64,000 nt of DNA from an uncultured Nitrososphaerota archaeon (GTDB taxonomy: Archaea > Thermoproteota > Nitrososphaeria > Nitrososphaerales > Gagatemarchaeaceae). The DNA is taken from NCBI GenBank assembly GCA_963838925.1, contig CAWISW010000003.1:352001-416000 (forward strand), written 5' to 3'. The notes beneath the pieces were generated by a model. The model was given only the letters and a program-made list of their open reading frames with translations, did not search any database and had not been told where the DNA came from. Both the position numbers and the translations under genes were made by a program. Positions 1 to 10,226 of this stretch are shown here, piece by piece (position 1 is the first letter of the stretch; each line of letters begins with the position of its first letter).

Positions 1-472
1 GCTAGAGTTTTCCGCGCAAGGGAAGAGCGCGGTCCAAGCGTATGGCGCGTTGCAGGACTTGGTGAAAAGAGCCAAGGTCGAGGGTCAGGTGGTTCTGCTC
101 AAGGTCCAAGGTGAACTCTCACAAGGAAGGACCTCGGACATTGATTTTGGAGCCATACGAAAGCATGTCCTCGCGCAACGACCGATCAGTCTCTTGCTAA
201 GCTCCAGTCAGCTCACCTCTCGGGAGCAATCGGCCGCAGAGGGCACAAGACCTATCTCTCCTTCATTGACTGAAAGGGAGACCTTCGAGCAGAGGATTTC
301 AGCAGTCAAAAGTCCCGAACCTCGACTGCGGGGAGAGAGAGGCGTGCAGCTCTCACTGTCCCTCCTAAAGGCACTGAAGGACGAGAGGCGGGAGAACGAG
401 CTGAAGCCTGACTACCAGTCTAGGATCGAGAAGGCTGGAGTCGACATCCTTGAGCTGGAGAAGAGTTCCTGA
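1..472 (+). CDS. mre11: C-terminal part of Mre11/SbcD DNA repair nuclease (gene starts before the window)
   Basis: Capping-domain-like VVLLKVQGELSQGRTSDIDF; stop overlaps the Rad50 start (TGATG). Confidence 0.7.
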   Translation, partial: LEFSAQGKSAVQAYGALQDLVKRAKVEGQVVLLKVQGELSQGRTSDIDFGAIRKHVLAQRPISLLLSSSQLTSREQSAAEGTRPISPSLTERETFEQRISAVKSPEPRLRGERGVQLSLSLLKALKDERRENELKPDYQSRIEKAGVDILELEKSS

Positions 473-2508
473 TGCTGCTTCGTGAGATTTCCATCAAGAA
501 CATCCGGAGCTATAACGATGATGCGGAGACGCTCGTAGAATTCCCCGAAGGCGTGGTGCTCTTCGAGGGGGACGTCGGCTCCGGAAAGTCGTCCATCCTC
601 TACGCTGTAGAATTCGCATTGTTCGGGACCGCGGAAGTCAGCGGCAAGAACCTACTGAGCGAGGGAAAACAAAGTGGGCATGTCAGACTAAAGTTCAGCG
701 TCAACGGGAAGGAACTTGAAGTCCGGCGCGGACTCATCAGGAAGAAGGAGAGCGTCGCCCAAGAGAAGTGCTACATCGTCGAGGATGGCAAGAAGACGGA
801 CCTCTCGCCTGCGGACCTGAAGGAACGGGTCATCGGCCTGATGAAGTTCAACGAGCCTTCAAACCCTAGGGCCGAGAGCCTAGTGTACAGGTTCGCCGTT
901 TTTACCCCACAGGAGCAAATGAAAGACATCATCCTGAGGGACACCGAGGACAGGCTCAGGGTCCTCCGGAGGGTTCTGGGCATTTCAGAGTACCAACTAG
1001 CCGCCGAGAACTCCTCTCTAGTCGAACAGCGGATAAAGAACGATGCTTACGTGTTGAAGAAGTCCAGCGAAGATCTTGAGGAGAAGGAGTCGCAGGCATC
1101 GGCGCTCTCAGCCGAGATAGCCACGCTTGAGAAGCGGCTACCCATCCTCGAAGGGTTGTTGTCCGCCGCCAAGGAAGAACTCGAGAGGCTGGAGTCCGAG
1201 TCGAAGGAGCTCGTCTCTAAGAGGGAGGTCGTCAGCAACGTCGCAAGCAAAGTCCCCGCCCTCGAGAAGAACATGAAGATGCTTTCGAAAGCAGCGAGTG
1301 ATGCCTTAGACAAGGCAGACCGGCTCGAAGCAAGGCTGAACGACCAGTATGTCCCGTTCATAGATGAATTTGAAAGAAGGAAGCCACCGAGCGAGATGAG
1401 TTCGGATGCCATTGCCGAAGAGGTAGCTAGAAAGAGAGACGAGCGCGGAGAGAAGACGGCCACTCTGCGCGTGATGCAGAGCGAGTTCAAGGGGACTGAA
1501 GAGCTGCTCCGCGGCGGCAAGTGTCCTCGATGCGGGCAGAAGATAGACCACGACCAGTTCGGTGGCAAGGCAGTCCATCTGGCTTCAGAGATTGAAAAGA
1601 CCCAGGCAGAGCTCGTGCTGCTGAAAGAGAAGTGCGACATCATGGAGTCGCTTCAAAGACAGGTCGCGAATTACGAGAAGGACAAGGAAAAGTTCACTAC
1701 TTATTCGAAAGAGAAGACCAACATAAGGCGCGACATTTCCGAACTGAGGCAACAGGTCTGGTCGTTTCAGGCCGAACTGCTCAAGTCGACTCGCGATTTG
1801 GAAGCGGCCAAGAAAGAAGAAGAGAAACTCAAGGCGCTCGCTCAAGAGATCGTCGAGCTGGAGCGCGTCCTCGATTCAGGCCGGAGAAAAAGAGACGATG
1901 CCAATCTCAACTTGCAGAGGGCGATGGCACAGAAGGACGCCAAGAACGAACAACTGGAGAGCGTAAGCGTCGAACTCGGGAAGAAGAGATGGATGAGGGT
2001 CGAGGCTCAGAGACTTGGCGGTTATCAGTCGTGGCTCTCGGACTACTTCAGGCCGGCGGTAGAACAGATTGAACAGCAGACTTTCATGCAGATGAACTCG
2101 CGCTTCAATCACCACTTCCAGAGGCTCTTCTCCTCAATGGTCGATGATAACGGCATCTCGGTCCGAGTCGATGAAAAATTCTCCCCTGTTCTGGAAAGGC
2201 AGGGGTTCGAACAGGAATACGAAGCCCTCAGCGGAGGAGAGAGGACAAGCGTGGCCCTGGCTTACAGGCTTGCACTAAATGCGATCGTGCAGGAGACTGG
2301 TGCCTCGGGAACCGGAGAGCTCGTGATACTCGATGAACCGACCGAAGGCTTCAGCAAAGAGCAGATCCACAAGATGAGGGACATCCTTGTCGAGCTCAGG
2401 TCCAAGCAAGTAGTAATCGTCTCCCATGAGAAAGAACTCGAATCGATGGCTTCCCACGTCTTCCGAGTCCAGACGGTGAACGGGACTTCGACGGTCAGAC
2501 AGGCGTAG
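472..2508 (+). CDS. rad50: Rad50/SbcC SMC-family ATPase
   Basis: Walker A GDVGSGKS, coiled coils, zinc hook CPRCG, signature LSGGE, Walker B LVILDEPT, H-loop VSH. Confidence 0.92.
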   Translation: MLLREISIKNIRSYNDDAETLVEFPEGVVLFEGDVGSGKSSILYAVEFALFGTAEVSGKNLLSEGKQSGHVRLKFSVNGKELEVRRGLIRKKESVAQEKCYIVEDGKKTDLSPADLKERVIGLMKFNEPSNPRAESLVYRFAVFTPQEQMKDIILRDTEDRLRVLRRVLGISEYQLAAENSSLVEQRIKNDAYVLKKSSEDLEEKESQASALSAEIATLEKRLPILEGLLSAAKEELERLESESKELVSKREVVSNVASKVPALEKNMKMLSKAASDALDKADRLEARLNDQYVPFIDEFERRKPPSEMSSDAIAEEVARKRDERGEKTATLRVMQSEFKGTEELLRGGKCPRCGQKIDHDQFGGKAVHLASEIEKTQAELVLLKEKCDIMESLQRQVANYEKDKEKFTTYSKEKTNIRRDISELRQQVWSFQAELLKSTRDLEAAKKEEEKLKALAQEIVELERVLDSGRRKRDDANLNLQRAMAQKDAKNEQLESVSVELGKKRWMRVEAQRLGGYQSWLSDYFRPAVEQIEQQTFMQMNSRFNHHFQRLFSSMVDDNGISVRVDEKFSPVLERQGFEQEYEALSGGERTSVALAYRLALNAIVQETGASGTGELVILDEPTEGFSKEQIHKMRDILVELRSKQVVIVSHEKELESMASHVFRVQTVNGTSTVRQA

Positions 2509-2533
2509 TCCGCCAGGTCAGGTATCAGCCGGC

Positions 2534-3394
2534 GTGGGCAGTCAGATACGCTTAACTCTCAGGCAGGAGATGGAAGCACCCGGCGCTCGGGGTGGAAAAG
2601 TGGTAAACATCAGTCCCGCGACGGTGCCGATTCTTGAGGCCTTCGAAAGGAACGAGGGCTGCGTCCTCTGCTCCCTCTGGCTGAAGGACGAGTTCCAGAG
2701 CATGGAGTTCGTGGAGGACAACGAGGTGTCGATGGACCAGGCCTTCCGCCGGGACGTCGCAGACTCGTCGGGCTTCTGCAACAGGCACATGCACGTCCTC
2801 TACAGGGCAGTCTTCGGGGGCGGGATACCCGACGGCCTGGGATACGCGATGTACGCGCAGGACAGCGTCGAGAAGTTCCACGAGACCATCCAATCGGTGT
2901 ACGCGTCCTACCAGAACGTGGGAAAGAACTCTTGGAACGTCCTCGCCAAGGAGAGGACCCCCCAGGCGGTGATCGAGTCGTCCGCCGGCAAGTTCGAAAA
3001 GATGCTCCAGGGCAGTAGGATCTGCGAGATCTGCAGGAGGATGCTGCTCGCCGACGGCAGGCGGACTAGGACTTTCGTCGACATGCTGGGGCACGAAGAT
3101 TTCGCGGAAAAGTTCTCAAAGTCGGGGCGCCTCTGCTTCCCCCACTTCGTCACCTCGATCCAGATGGTCCCGACGCGGCGGGTCAAGAAGAAGGTCGTGG
3201 CAGCGCTCCTGGTCGAGACGGAGCTCAGGTGCCTGAAGGAGGTCGACAACCTGCTCGCGGACGGGGGGAAGGCCTCGCCCGAGATGGCGGCTATGATGAT
3301 TGCTGGGGTGGAGGGGCTCTACAGCGTCACCAAGAAGAGCTCCAACCCGATGACCTCGGGCATGGCCGAGAGCCGGAGCAAAGGGAGCAAGTAA
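2534..3394 (+). CDS. DUF6062-like Cys/His metal-binding protein
   Basis: Two repeats of CxxC...CxxH (GCVLC/GFCNRH, CEIC/LCFPH); start may be ATG 2570. Confidence 0.65.
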   Translation: MGSQIRLTLRQEMEAPGARGGKVVNISPATVPILEAFERNEGCVLCSLWLKDEFQSMEFVEDNEVSMDQAFRRDVADSSGFCNRHMHVLYRAVFGGGIPDGLGYAMYAQDSVEKFHETIQSVYASYQNVGKNSWNVLAKERTPQAVIESSAGKFEKMLQGSRICEICRRMLLADGRRTRTFVDMLGHEDFAEKFSKSGRLCFPHFVTSIQMVPTRRVKKKVVAALLVETELRCLKEVDNLLADGGKASPEMAAMMIAGVEGLYSVTKKSSNPMTSGMAESRSKGSK

Positions 3395-3399
3395 CGCCA

Positions 3400-4206
3400 A
3401 TGGCCACCACGACGAGCATGACGAGCGAGATCTCGGACGCCTTCAGCAAGGGGACGCGAGGGTGCCCGTTTTGCGCCCTCTGGACGCGCGAGGAGGCTTC
3501 AATGACGGAGGGCATCAGGAGGGACGACCTCTCGGCCGACCCCAAGCTCAAGGACAGGCTTGTGACCTCTTCAGGATTCTGCAACAGGCACACACACGCC
3601 ATCCACAAGGCGACCACTGCAGCGAACGTGCAGGTCGGCCTGGGGTGCCCCGAGTGCGCTCAGGTCGTGCTGAAGAAGTTCGAGGACAACATCGCCCCCC
3701 TACTCGCCAGCCTGCAGTCGGGCAAGGCGCCCGTGGAGTCTGGGAAAGAGCCCGAGGAAGACCCCCTTAGGGCCACAATCTCAACCCTCGAGAAGACGAT
3801 CAGCGGAGGCGCGATGTGCCCCGTCTGCGAGAAACTGCTAGAGTCCGACAAGGCCAGAGTCACCAGCCTACTTCAGATGCTGGGGAGCAAGGACTTCGCA
3901 GAGCTCTACGCAAAGTCCGAAGCGATTTGCATGCCGCACTTTGTGACCGCGATGCAGCTTCTCGCGGGATCCTCTGCGAAGGGCATCGAGGGGACATGGG
4001 CGCTTCTGGTCAAGACGGAGCTCGCGCGCCTGGCGTCGGTCGACAACCTTCTCAACGAGCGCATGAAGAAGTACTCGTGGGACTTTAGAGATGAGGGGAT
4101 AACTCCCGAGGAGGCCACAGCGCAGAAGACCGGCATGCTCGCGATAGTCGGAGTCGAAGGCCTGTTTGGCAGGCAGCGGAAGACGTCCCTCCGCCCCGCC
4201 AAGTGA
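3400..4206 (+). CDS. DUF6062-like protein, tandem paralogue
   Basis: GCPFC/GFCNRH and CPVC/ICMPH; similar to the upstream gene; ATG 3400 chosen over the overlapping longer ORF. Confidence 0.65.
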   Translation: MATTTSMTSEISDAFSKGTRGCPFCALWTREEASMTEGIRRDDLSADPKLKDRLVTSSGFCNRHTHAIHKATTAANVQVGLGCPECAQVVLKKFEDNIAPLLASLQSGKAPVESGKEPEEDPLRATISTLEKTISGGAMCPVCEKLLESDKARVTSLLQMLGSKDFAELYAKSEAICMPHFVTAMQLLAGSSAKGIEGTWALLVKTELARLASVDNLLNERMKKYSWDFRDEGITPEEATAQKTGMLAIVGVEGLFGRQRKTSLRPAK

Positions 4207-4233
4207 CAGGCCCCCGTTCCTCCTAGGACAGGC

Positions 4234-6234
4234 TCAGCCGAGCGTCACGGTCGCGAGCGTCGAGAAGCTTGCGAGGTCGCTCGCCATCACCTCGTCCTGC
4301 GAGATGGTGTAGAGGGCGTTCCCGATGATGACGGTCCTCTCGATGTCGTGGCCGCCGCTGCCGCCGTAGTATGAACCTGGGCCCGTCCCCTGCGCGTACT
4401 GCGTCACCGTCCCTAGCAGGTTGAAGCCGCTAGGCGACACGCCCAGGACGTAGGCGCCCTGCCAGACCTCCTGACCGTAGGGAGGAGGGCTCCCCGGAGG
4501 CGACGTCTGGCTGCCCTGGACCTTGTACAGGTCGACCGGGATCACCGTGACGTTCCTCGACGAGTCGAAGGTGAACGCCAGGTGGTTGGTGAGCACCGGA
4601 GAATCAGTCCCCCTGTCACCAATCAGGAAGTTGGCGACCTCAGTCGAGCTCCCGTCGCTCCCGATTTGGAAGAGCGAGAGCTTCAGCCCGAGGTAGTACG
4701 CGAAGTTCCCGGTAGTGGACGCAACCGTGTCCTTCCCCACCCCGATCAGGTACGAGCTGCCGAAGGGGTAGAGATAGTCGGAGAACCCGGACGTCGTCTT
4801 CAGGGCGCTCGTGATGACGGGGTTGGTCGCGTTCTGGAACGAGATGTCGAAGAGCGGGTCTACCTGCTCGAAGGTTACCACGTAGCCCACGGCGCCCGAG
4901 AACAGGACCGAGTAGATGTTCTCGCCTGGGGCGATGTTGCGCAGGGCCCCCATCTGCGTGAAGTTCTGGTCGAGGACGTAGACGTCGTCGCTCCTAGAGC
5001 TCGTCCCGTTGACAGAGACGGCCCTGCTCGTAGCGACCCTGAAGTACCCGTTGTACTCGTCCATCGAGTACTGATTGAGGACGACTCCGGGGAAGAAGCC
5101 CGCGGCCTTGACGGAGATCTGCCCGGAGGAGTACGCGACGCGGAAGACTGTGCTGTTCTGCGGCTGGCCGTTTCCTTGGCCGCCGAAGATGTCGCCCGCT
5201 ATGCCGTCAGCGTAGTATGAGGGATAGTTGGGGTAGACCACGTAGATGTTGGTGGCCGAGGCGTAGACCGTCGAGGCGGGCCCCGTGAGAACTGCCACGG
5301 CCTGTTGGGCGCCCGTGGTCATCGACATGCTCATGACCATCGTGTACACGCTCACCTGGCTCTTGTTGGGGGTATAGTACGTGGACCCGGGCGAGAGGAC
5401 CGAGGTCACTCCCTGCTCAACCACTGTCGGGTTCTGGGCTGTCACGTTCCCGCTGCTGCTCACGAAGGACGGCTGCTGGACTATCTCGTAGAGGTATCCC
5501 TGAGAAATCCTTGCGGCGACGTGGCTGCCGCTCACGCTGATCGAGTTTAGGAGGCTAGGAGCGCTCGGGTTCGCAAGGTCGTAGAGCCTCAGATTGACGG
5601 ACGAGTTCAGGTTGCTCTGCGCCACGACCGCGAGCCTCTGGGGCGCGATGGCGATTCCCAGAATCTGGGAGGTGGGCAGCCTAATGGTCGATACTATCGA
5701 CATCGAGCTAGCCGGCTGAGTCTGGATTATCGCGACTGTCTGGGAGGACGCGACGTAGAGGTAGGTCCCGTCGGTCTTCACCGTGTCGAGCTCGTCCACC
5801 CCTTGGACTTGGTCGTTCGTCATCGTGTAGCCCGAACTAGATGTGGTACCCGCCGCTTCGGGCGCTGCAGCCACGGTCGTCGTGGAGGCGGTCATCGTCA
5901 TCGTCGTCATGGCCCCCATGACGGTCGTAGTGCCCATCATCACACCGGGAAAGTTGAGGGAGTTCTCGTACTGCTGCACGCTCTTCGCGTTGGCGGTGAT
6001 GAACTGGTGGAGCTCAGCGTAGGTCTGGAAGGAATTCAAAGTCCCCGGAGTCGCGATTCCGGGGGCGATCACCGGACCAGTCGCCGGTGGGTTTGCCATT
6101 GGGGTTGAAACAGGAGGACTCGGACTCGCGTTGCGCGGGAACCAAAGCAAGGCCGCCCCCGTCATGATAAGCACGAGGACTGCGGCCCAGGCCGCTTCTT
6201 CGCGTCCGACGCCACGCCTCTGACTTGTTTGCAT
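4234..6234 (-). CDS. Membrane-anchored secreted beta-propeller domain protein (Beta_propel-like)
   Basis: N-terminal TM; TNDQVQGVDELDTVKTDG, LNQYSMDEYNGYFRVATS, GENIYSV, GFSDYLYP motifs. Confidence 0.85.
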   Translation of the reverse strand: MQTSQRRGVGREEAAWAAVLVLIMTGAALLWFPRNASPSPPVSTPMANPPATGPVIAPGIATPGTLNSFQTYAELHQFITANAKSVQQYENSLNFPGVMMGTTTVMGAMTTMTMTASTTTVAAAPEAAGTTSSSGYTMTNDQVQGVDELDTVKTDGTYLYVASSQTVAIIQTQPASSMSIVSTIRLPTSQILGIAIAPQRLAVVAQSNLNSSVNLRLYDLANPSAPSLLNSISVSGSHVAARISQGYLYEIVQQPSFVSSSGNVTAQNPTVVEQGVTSVLSPGSTYYTPNKSQVSVYTMVMSMSMTTGAQQAVAVLTGPASTVYASATNIYVVYPNYPSYYADGIAGDIFGGQGNGQPQNSTVFRVAYSSGQISVKAAGFFPGVVLNQYSMDEYNGYFRVATSRAVSVNGTSSRSDDVYVLDQNFTQMGALRNIAPGENIYSVLFSGAVGYVVTFEQVDPLFDISFQNATNPVITSALKTTSGFSDYLYPFGSSYLIGVGKDTVASTTGNFAYYLGLKLSLFQIGSDGSSTEVANFLIGDRGTDSPVLTNHLAFTFDSSRNVTVIPVDLYKVQGSQTSPPGSPPPYGQEVWQGAYVLGVSPSGFNLLGTVTQYAQGTGPGSYYGGSGGHDIERTVIIGNALYTISQDEVMASDLASFSTLATVTLG

Positions 6235-6363
6235 GGACTTGCCATGTCGCACAGGGCACATGATGCTACGCTAGAGAACACGCGTTCTAAGGGGCAGAAC
6301 AGGCCGAACGGAGGCTAGATTGGCCCCCGGTGGAGGGCATTTCCCTCCAACCGGAGTCAGTAT

Positions 6364-6656
6364 GACGCGTGTCGGTCGTAGTCCTCCTCTTGTTCTAGGC
6401 GGGATTCAGCTAAGCGGCCTACCTTGGCCTGGTGCAGGCGCGTCGTCGACCATGTTCGGCCTTGCTCTGCACGGGTCAGCCGTTTCATCCCGCTTCCGCC
6501 GACCTCGGGATTTCTCCGTCATCGCCCTAGACGGGGCGGGTGTCGTTTCTGTTCTGTTGCCAGCCGTCTCCAGCTACGCCTCTCGGCGTCGTGCATCCTG
6601 CAGTGAGGGAGGAACTTCCCCAGGAGACCCCCGTGGCCCACCCACCGACTCACGTC
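6364..6656 (-). ncRNA. rnpB: Archaeal RNase P RNA
   Basis: Minus strand shows GGAAGTTCCTCC (CR-I), ACAGAAACGAC, GGATGAAACGGC, GAGCAAG, GCTTAGCTGAAT, AACAAGAGGAGGACTAC (CR-V); termini can pair as P1. Confidence 0.92.
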
Positions 6657-6735
6657 GTCCGCTAAACGCACTTGATTCGGAATTAAGTGTTTCGCGCAAC
6701 GCAGCTCCCGGTCGAAGCCAACGAAATCAGACTCC

Positions 6736-7296
6736 CTAGGGCGTAAACACGCCTGCGAATGGTGCGAAGGCCGTATTGTTTCCAATGCCCACTCTAATCT
6801 GAATGCCCCCATACAGTTTTTCGCCCACTAAAGGAGTGCATGGGCTGCAACCTGCGGTGAAGTTGGCCCCTATTGATGAAACCGTAGCATTGACAGTCGC
6901 CCACTGTCCGTATGAAAGGACAGCCGACGGCGAGCTTGTGCAACCGTCCGCAGCGGTCGATGTTGTTCCGTAGGTCAATTCCATACATCCTTCGCTATGA
7001 CCTATGGTTACGGTGCTGCTAAGAGCCGTGCTATAGACAAGCAGAGTGCAAGAGGTATGACTGATACTGCATCCCATCAGACCCACTGACACTTCGGTAA
7101 CCGGAACCGTATACGTTCCGATGGTCTCAATGGTGGTAGTGTAGGTTGTAGTCTGGACTGAAGTTGCTGTGACTGTCATTGCAGCGGCTCCTGAAGCATA
7201 GGCAATCAGCCCGCCCAGAATTAGCCCAATCATGAGGGCGCTGCTTACTGTCACGATGAGCACTGGCCCTCTGGTCCGAGTAGGTTTACTGCTCAA
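6736..7296 (-). CDS. Membrane-anchored Thr/Ser-rich surface protein
   Basis: N-terminal TM helix, Thr-rich linker, paired cysteines. Confidence 0.7.
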   Translation of the reverse strand: MSSKPTRTRGPVLIVTVSSALMIGLILGGLIAYASGAAAMTVTATSVQTTTYTTTIETIGTYTVPVTEVSVGLMGCSISHTSCTLLVYSTALSSTVTIGHSEGCMELTYGTTSTAADGCTSSPSAVLSYGQWATVNATVSSIGANFTAGCSPCTPLVGEKLYGGIQIRVGIGNNTAFAPFAGVFTP

Positions 7297-7344
7297 GATA
7301 ATTCAGAGATGAAAAAAGGGCTCTTAGGAGCGATTAATAGTTTG

Positions 7345-7872
7345 TCAGAACCTGCTTCCCCGTTCTGGTACGCGGAGCTGCGGGAAGAAGCTCCGCTCGA
7401 TCTCCACCGCCTCCTGCTCGGACGACGCCCTGGAGTACTCCACGAGAGGGTCGTGGTTGAGAGTCAAGAAGGTCGGGCCCCACTTGTATATGTTGAGGAA
7501 ACGCACTGCTTCCTCCTCCTCGCCGAGTATGAACAAGGTAGCGGCGACAGCTTCCACCGAGCTCAGGATTCCTAGCCGCGAGTAGTTCGTCGGGTTGGCC
7601 GCCAAGAGGCCGGGGAGCCTCCTGTGCTTTCCGCCAATCTTCCTGAAAAAGACCTCCTGGGCGAGGTTCCACGAGCAGTCTATCGCAAGGATGGACTTGC
7701 ACATCTTGTCGATGGGGGTGAGCAGCTGGCCCGAGTAGGGGTTGAGCACGACCGTCGTGTTGGGGGCGTGGAACTTCCTGTTGACCTCCGTCGCCAGGCC
7801 CATGTGCACCATCTTCTTGGCGGTGCACTTCTCCGGGGCGTCCTGCCCGAAGTCGATAACGAAGACGTTCAA
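7345..7872 (-). CDS. tsr3: rRNA aminocarboxypropyltransferase Tsr3
   Basis: DAPEKCTAKK, IDCSW, RRLPGLLAANPTNY, LSSVEA, KWGPTFLTLN. Confidence 0.93.
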   Translation of the reverse strand: MNVFVIDFGQDAPEKCTAKKMVHMGLATEVNRKFHAPNTTVVLNPYSGQLLTPIDKMCKSILAIDCSWNLAQEVFFRKIGGKHRRLPGLLAANPTNYSRLGILSSVEAVAATLFILGEEEEAVRFLNIYKWGPTFLTLNHDPLVEYSRASSEQEAVEIERSFFPQLRVPERGSRF

Positions 7873-7949
7873 TCTCTGAGCAACCCTGATTGAGAAAGGT
7901 TGATGAAAGAGGTGCTAATATACATCGTGAGAGTACCACCTTGAGCAAC

Positions 7950-8309
7950 TTGGGGCACACCTTTGTGGAGGTGACCGTCTACGGTGGCGATCTCTCGGCA
8001 GGCAAGAGGGTGAGGCTGCTCGTTGACACGGGCTCGACGTACACCTGGATTAGAGGGACGCTGCTCGGGGAACTCTCCATAAGGCCAACCAAAGAAAGGA
8101 GCTTCAGGACGGTTGACCGTAGGATTCTCAAACGGCAAATCGGCGAGGCGGTCATCGACTACGCCGGAGAGAGGGTTACCGCGGTCGTGGTGTTCGCGGA
8201 AGAAGGAGATGAGGAGGTCATTGGCGTCCACACTCTCGAGGGCATGGGGATGGAATTCGAGCCCGTGGCGAACCAGTTGAGGAAGGTCGAGGCCATCCTG
8301 GCCGTCTAG
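7950..8309 (+). CDS. Clan AA (retroviral-like) aspartyl protease
   Basis: LLVDTGSTYT and VIGVHTLEGMG; start uncertain (TTG 7941/7950). Confidence 0.85.
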   Translation: MGHTFVEVTVYGGDLSAGKRVRLLVDTGSTYTWIRGTLLGELSIRPTKERSFRTVDRRILKRQIGEAVIDYAGERVTAVVVFAEEGDEEVIGVHTLEGMGMEFEPVANQLRKVEAILAV

Positions 8310-8363
8310 CATTCGGACAAAACTATTTACTTCGCCGAGGGCTTCCGTTTTCGTGCTTCGCAG

Positions 8364-9659
8364 ATGCCCCGCCGAAGTGTAATCGTGTTTGTGATTACTG
8401 CGTTGGTCGCCACCGGAGCATACCTATCGGTTTCAGAACTTGCGGGTCAGCCCCCCGTCACTTCCAATCAAGTGACTTCGACCGGCAACTCGGTTTCTGT
8501 GGGCAGCTCCGGCAGTTACCAGGTCCTTAAGACGAACCTGACGATATATTATGGTCCGGCCTGCATTCCACCTAACCTTGAGGGCTTCGGCTGCGAGACG
8601 ATAGACACGGCGCTCCATTCCCCTTCCCTCAGCGGGGTGGACCTCATCCAGTACCAGGGCAGCAAGTATTATGGCCTGAACTTCACGGGTTACGAGAACG
8701 GGCAGCCTGACACCCGCGACATCTGGTTCACCAATTCAACGATCCTCTGCGTCAGCCCTCCGACCAGTGAATATCCCCCATGTCCGACGAGCTCTGCACG
8801 GCCGCGCGCCATCGTAATCTTCAACTCATCGGCTTCTGCATTGAACTCCTCAAGCGGTCTTACGCTGAGCCTCCAACTCTCACTCGCCCCCGGGAATTCC
8901 TCCAAGCTGCAAGTTAGGGTGGATCTCTTCAACACGCAACAAGCGGAGAATACAGTAGGCGCCGCAAACAGCTGGCCTGTCTCCAACGACTCTGTGAGGG
9001 ACATTTGCGTAAATCACATCGTCGGATACGTCTTGTATCAGGGACACTATGACTTCGGCAACTTCACTGCGGGCTCGCCTCTGGCCCTTGACCCTACTAA
9101 CACCCAGACGCTGTGTCCCGCGCCCTCATCGTCGGTATATTACTCATTCCAAGCCAACAGCGACAACGCAACGATTCAGGGGGCTAGCGCCTTCCCCTCG
9201 GGCGGTGCAACCCGGACAATCTCAGTCTCAGACAGTCTCTCGGGTTATTGGACCGGGAACCGGACATCATCTTCATTCGACTCGTTCCTCCCTGGAATCT
9301 ACTCTGTGGCTGCAATGGACCAATGGGGGCAGGTCGTCGTGCTCCAGTTCGAGGTCAGCGGAATCAGCCTACAGAACTTCTCGCTCTGCCCCTCTAACTG
9401 CCTCTATCCCAGCCCGTCTCTGACCGGAGAGATCTATTTCGGAGGCCCTTCTCTTGCGAAGAGCATGGAACTCTTCGTCAACGGGACCGACGAAGGGTCT
9501 CTGGGACACGGCATCGGTAGCACCAACGTCATCTACTTGTACAAGGGGAGTTTCCAGTCTCCGCAAGTAATAGCAGGCGATGCGTACGTGATCAAGTTCG
9601 TGGCCACTCTCGCGGACAACTCGACCGCCACCGCCTCGACCACAGTGGTAGCGAAATGA
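8364..9659 (+). CDS. Multi-domain secreted/surface protein
   Basis: Signal anchor; module ending GYW...PGIYSVAAMDQWG shared with 13722, 22275, 34438. Confidence 0.8.
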   Translation: MPRRSVIVFVITALVATGAYLSVSELAGQPPVTSNQVTSTGNSVSVGSSGSYQVLKTNLTIYYGPACIPPNLEGFGCETIDTALHSPSLSGVDLIQYQGSKYYGLNFTGYENGQPDTRDIWFTNSTILCVSPPTSEYPPCPTSSARPRAIVIFNSSASALNSSSGLTLSLQLSLAPGNSSKLQVRVDLFNTQQAENTVGAANSWPVSNDSVRDICVNHIVGYVLYQGHYDFGNFTAGSPLALDPTNTQTLCPAPSSSVYYSFQANSDNATIQGASAFPSGGATRTISVSDSLSGYWTGNRTSSSFDSFLPGIYSVAAMDQWGQVVVLQFEVSGISLQNFSLCPSNCLYPSPSLTGEIYFGGPSLAKSMELFVNGTDEGSLGHGIGSTNVIYLYKGSFQSPQVIAGDAYVIKFVATLADNSTATASTTVVAK

Positions 9660-9735
9660 CCCGCAACGATAACCTTCGCTCACCTGGGCAGAGTCGAGAC
9701 GAAACTGTTTTTCTGCTGCCGTACCAGCGTCTGGA

Positions 9736-10200
9736 GTGACCTTGCGCCGAATCGAAGTCGCCGCGGTGATTGTCGTCCTGGCGTCGGCCTGGATAGCGGG
9801 CTACCTCGTCGCCCCATCCTCTTCCCCCGCGACGTCTGTCTCCTATCAGACGGTCACCGGGCTCTACACGTCGTCGGCACTTCAGGTCTTCACTTCGACC
9901 TTCCTCGCGCAGAGCAGCACTCAGAGCGGGGTGAAGACGGCGACCGTCTACAACACGATAACCTACACGACGTCCGCAACCGGACTCACCTCCACGATAA
10001 CTCTCTGCTCATCGGTCGAGTACGCCACCGTCACGACTACGGGGACGGTGACCTCCTATCTCTCAAATGAGACGGTCGTCACCAAGACGACCACGACTGG
10101 CGTGACGACCATACGCGCCGGCTCCACGGTCACCACGACGGGGTGCGATGTTGCCACGGTCACCAGAACTACCACCACTTACGTGACGACGACTCAGTGA
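9736..10200 (+). CDS. Thr-rich membrane-anchored surface protein
   Basis: N-terminal TM, extreme Thr bias. Confidence 0.7.
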   Translation: MTLRRIEVAAVIVVLASAWIAGYLVAPSSSPATSVSYQTVTGLYTSSALQVFTSTFLAQSSTQSGVKTATVYNTITYTTSATGLTSTITLCSSVEYATVTTTGTVTSYLSNETVVTKTTTTGVTTIRAGSTVTTTGCDVATVTRTTTTYVTTTQ

Positions 10201-10226
10201 TCCGACGCCTTCCAAAGCAGTCAGTA

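Noticed and set aside
6321-6354. Possible ninth repeat copy (gcccccggtggagggcatt) downstream of rnpB
   Set aside because: Only the left part matches and the GAACCC..TGCA core is missing; it is explained as a self-contained hairpin.
6320-6812. ORFs at 6320-6739 and 6519-6812
   Set aside because: They overlap the RNase P RNA gene and have no protein-like features.
7950-8309. Aspartyl protease as evidence of a retroelement
   Set aside because: Stand-alone clan AA proteases are common in archaea, and no reverse transcriptase or integrase is nearby.
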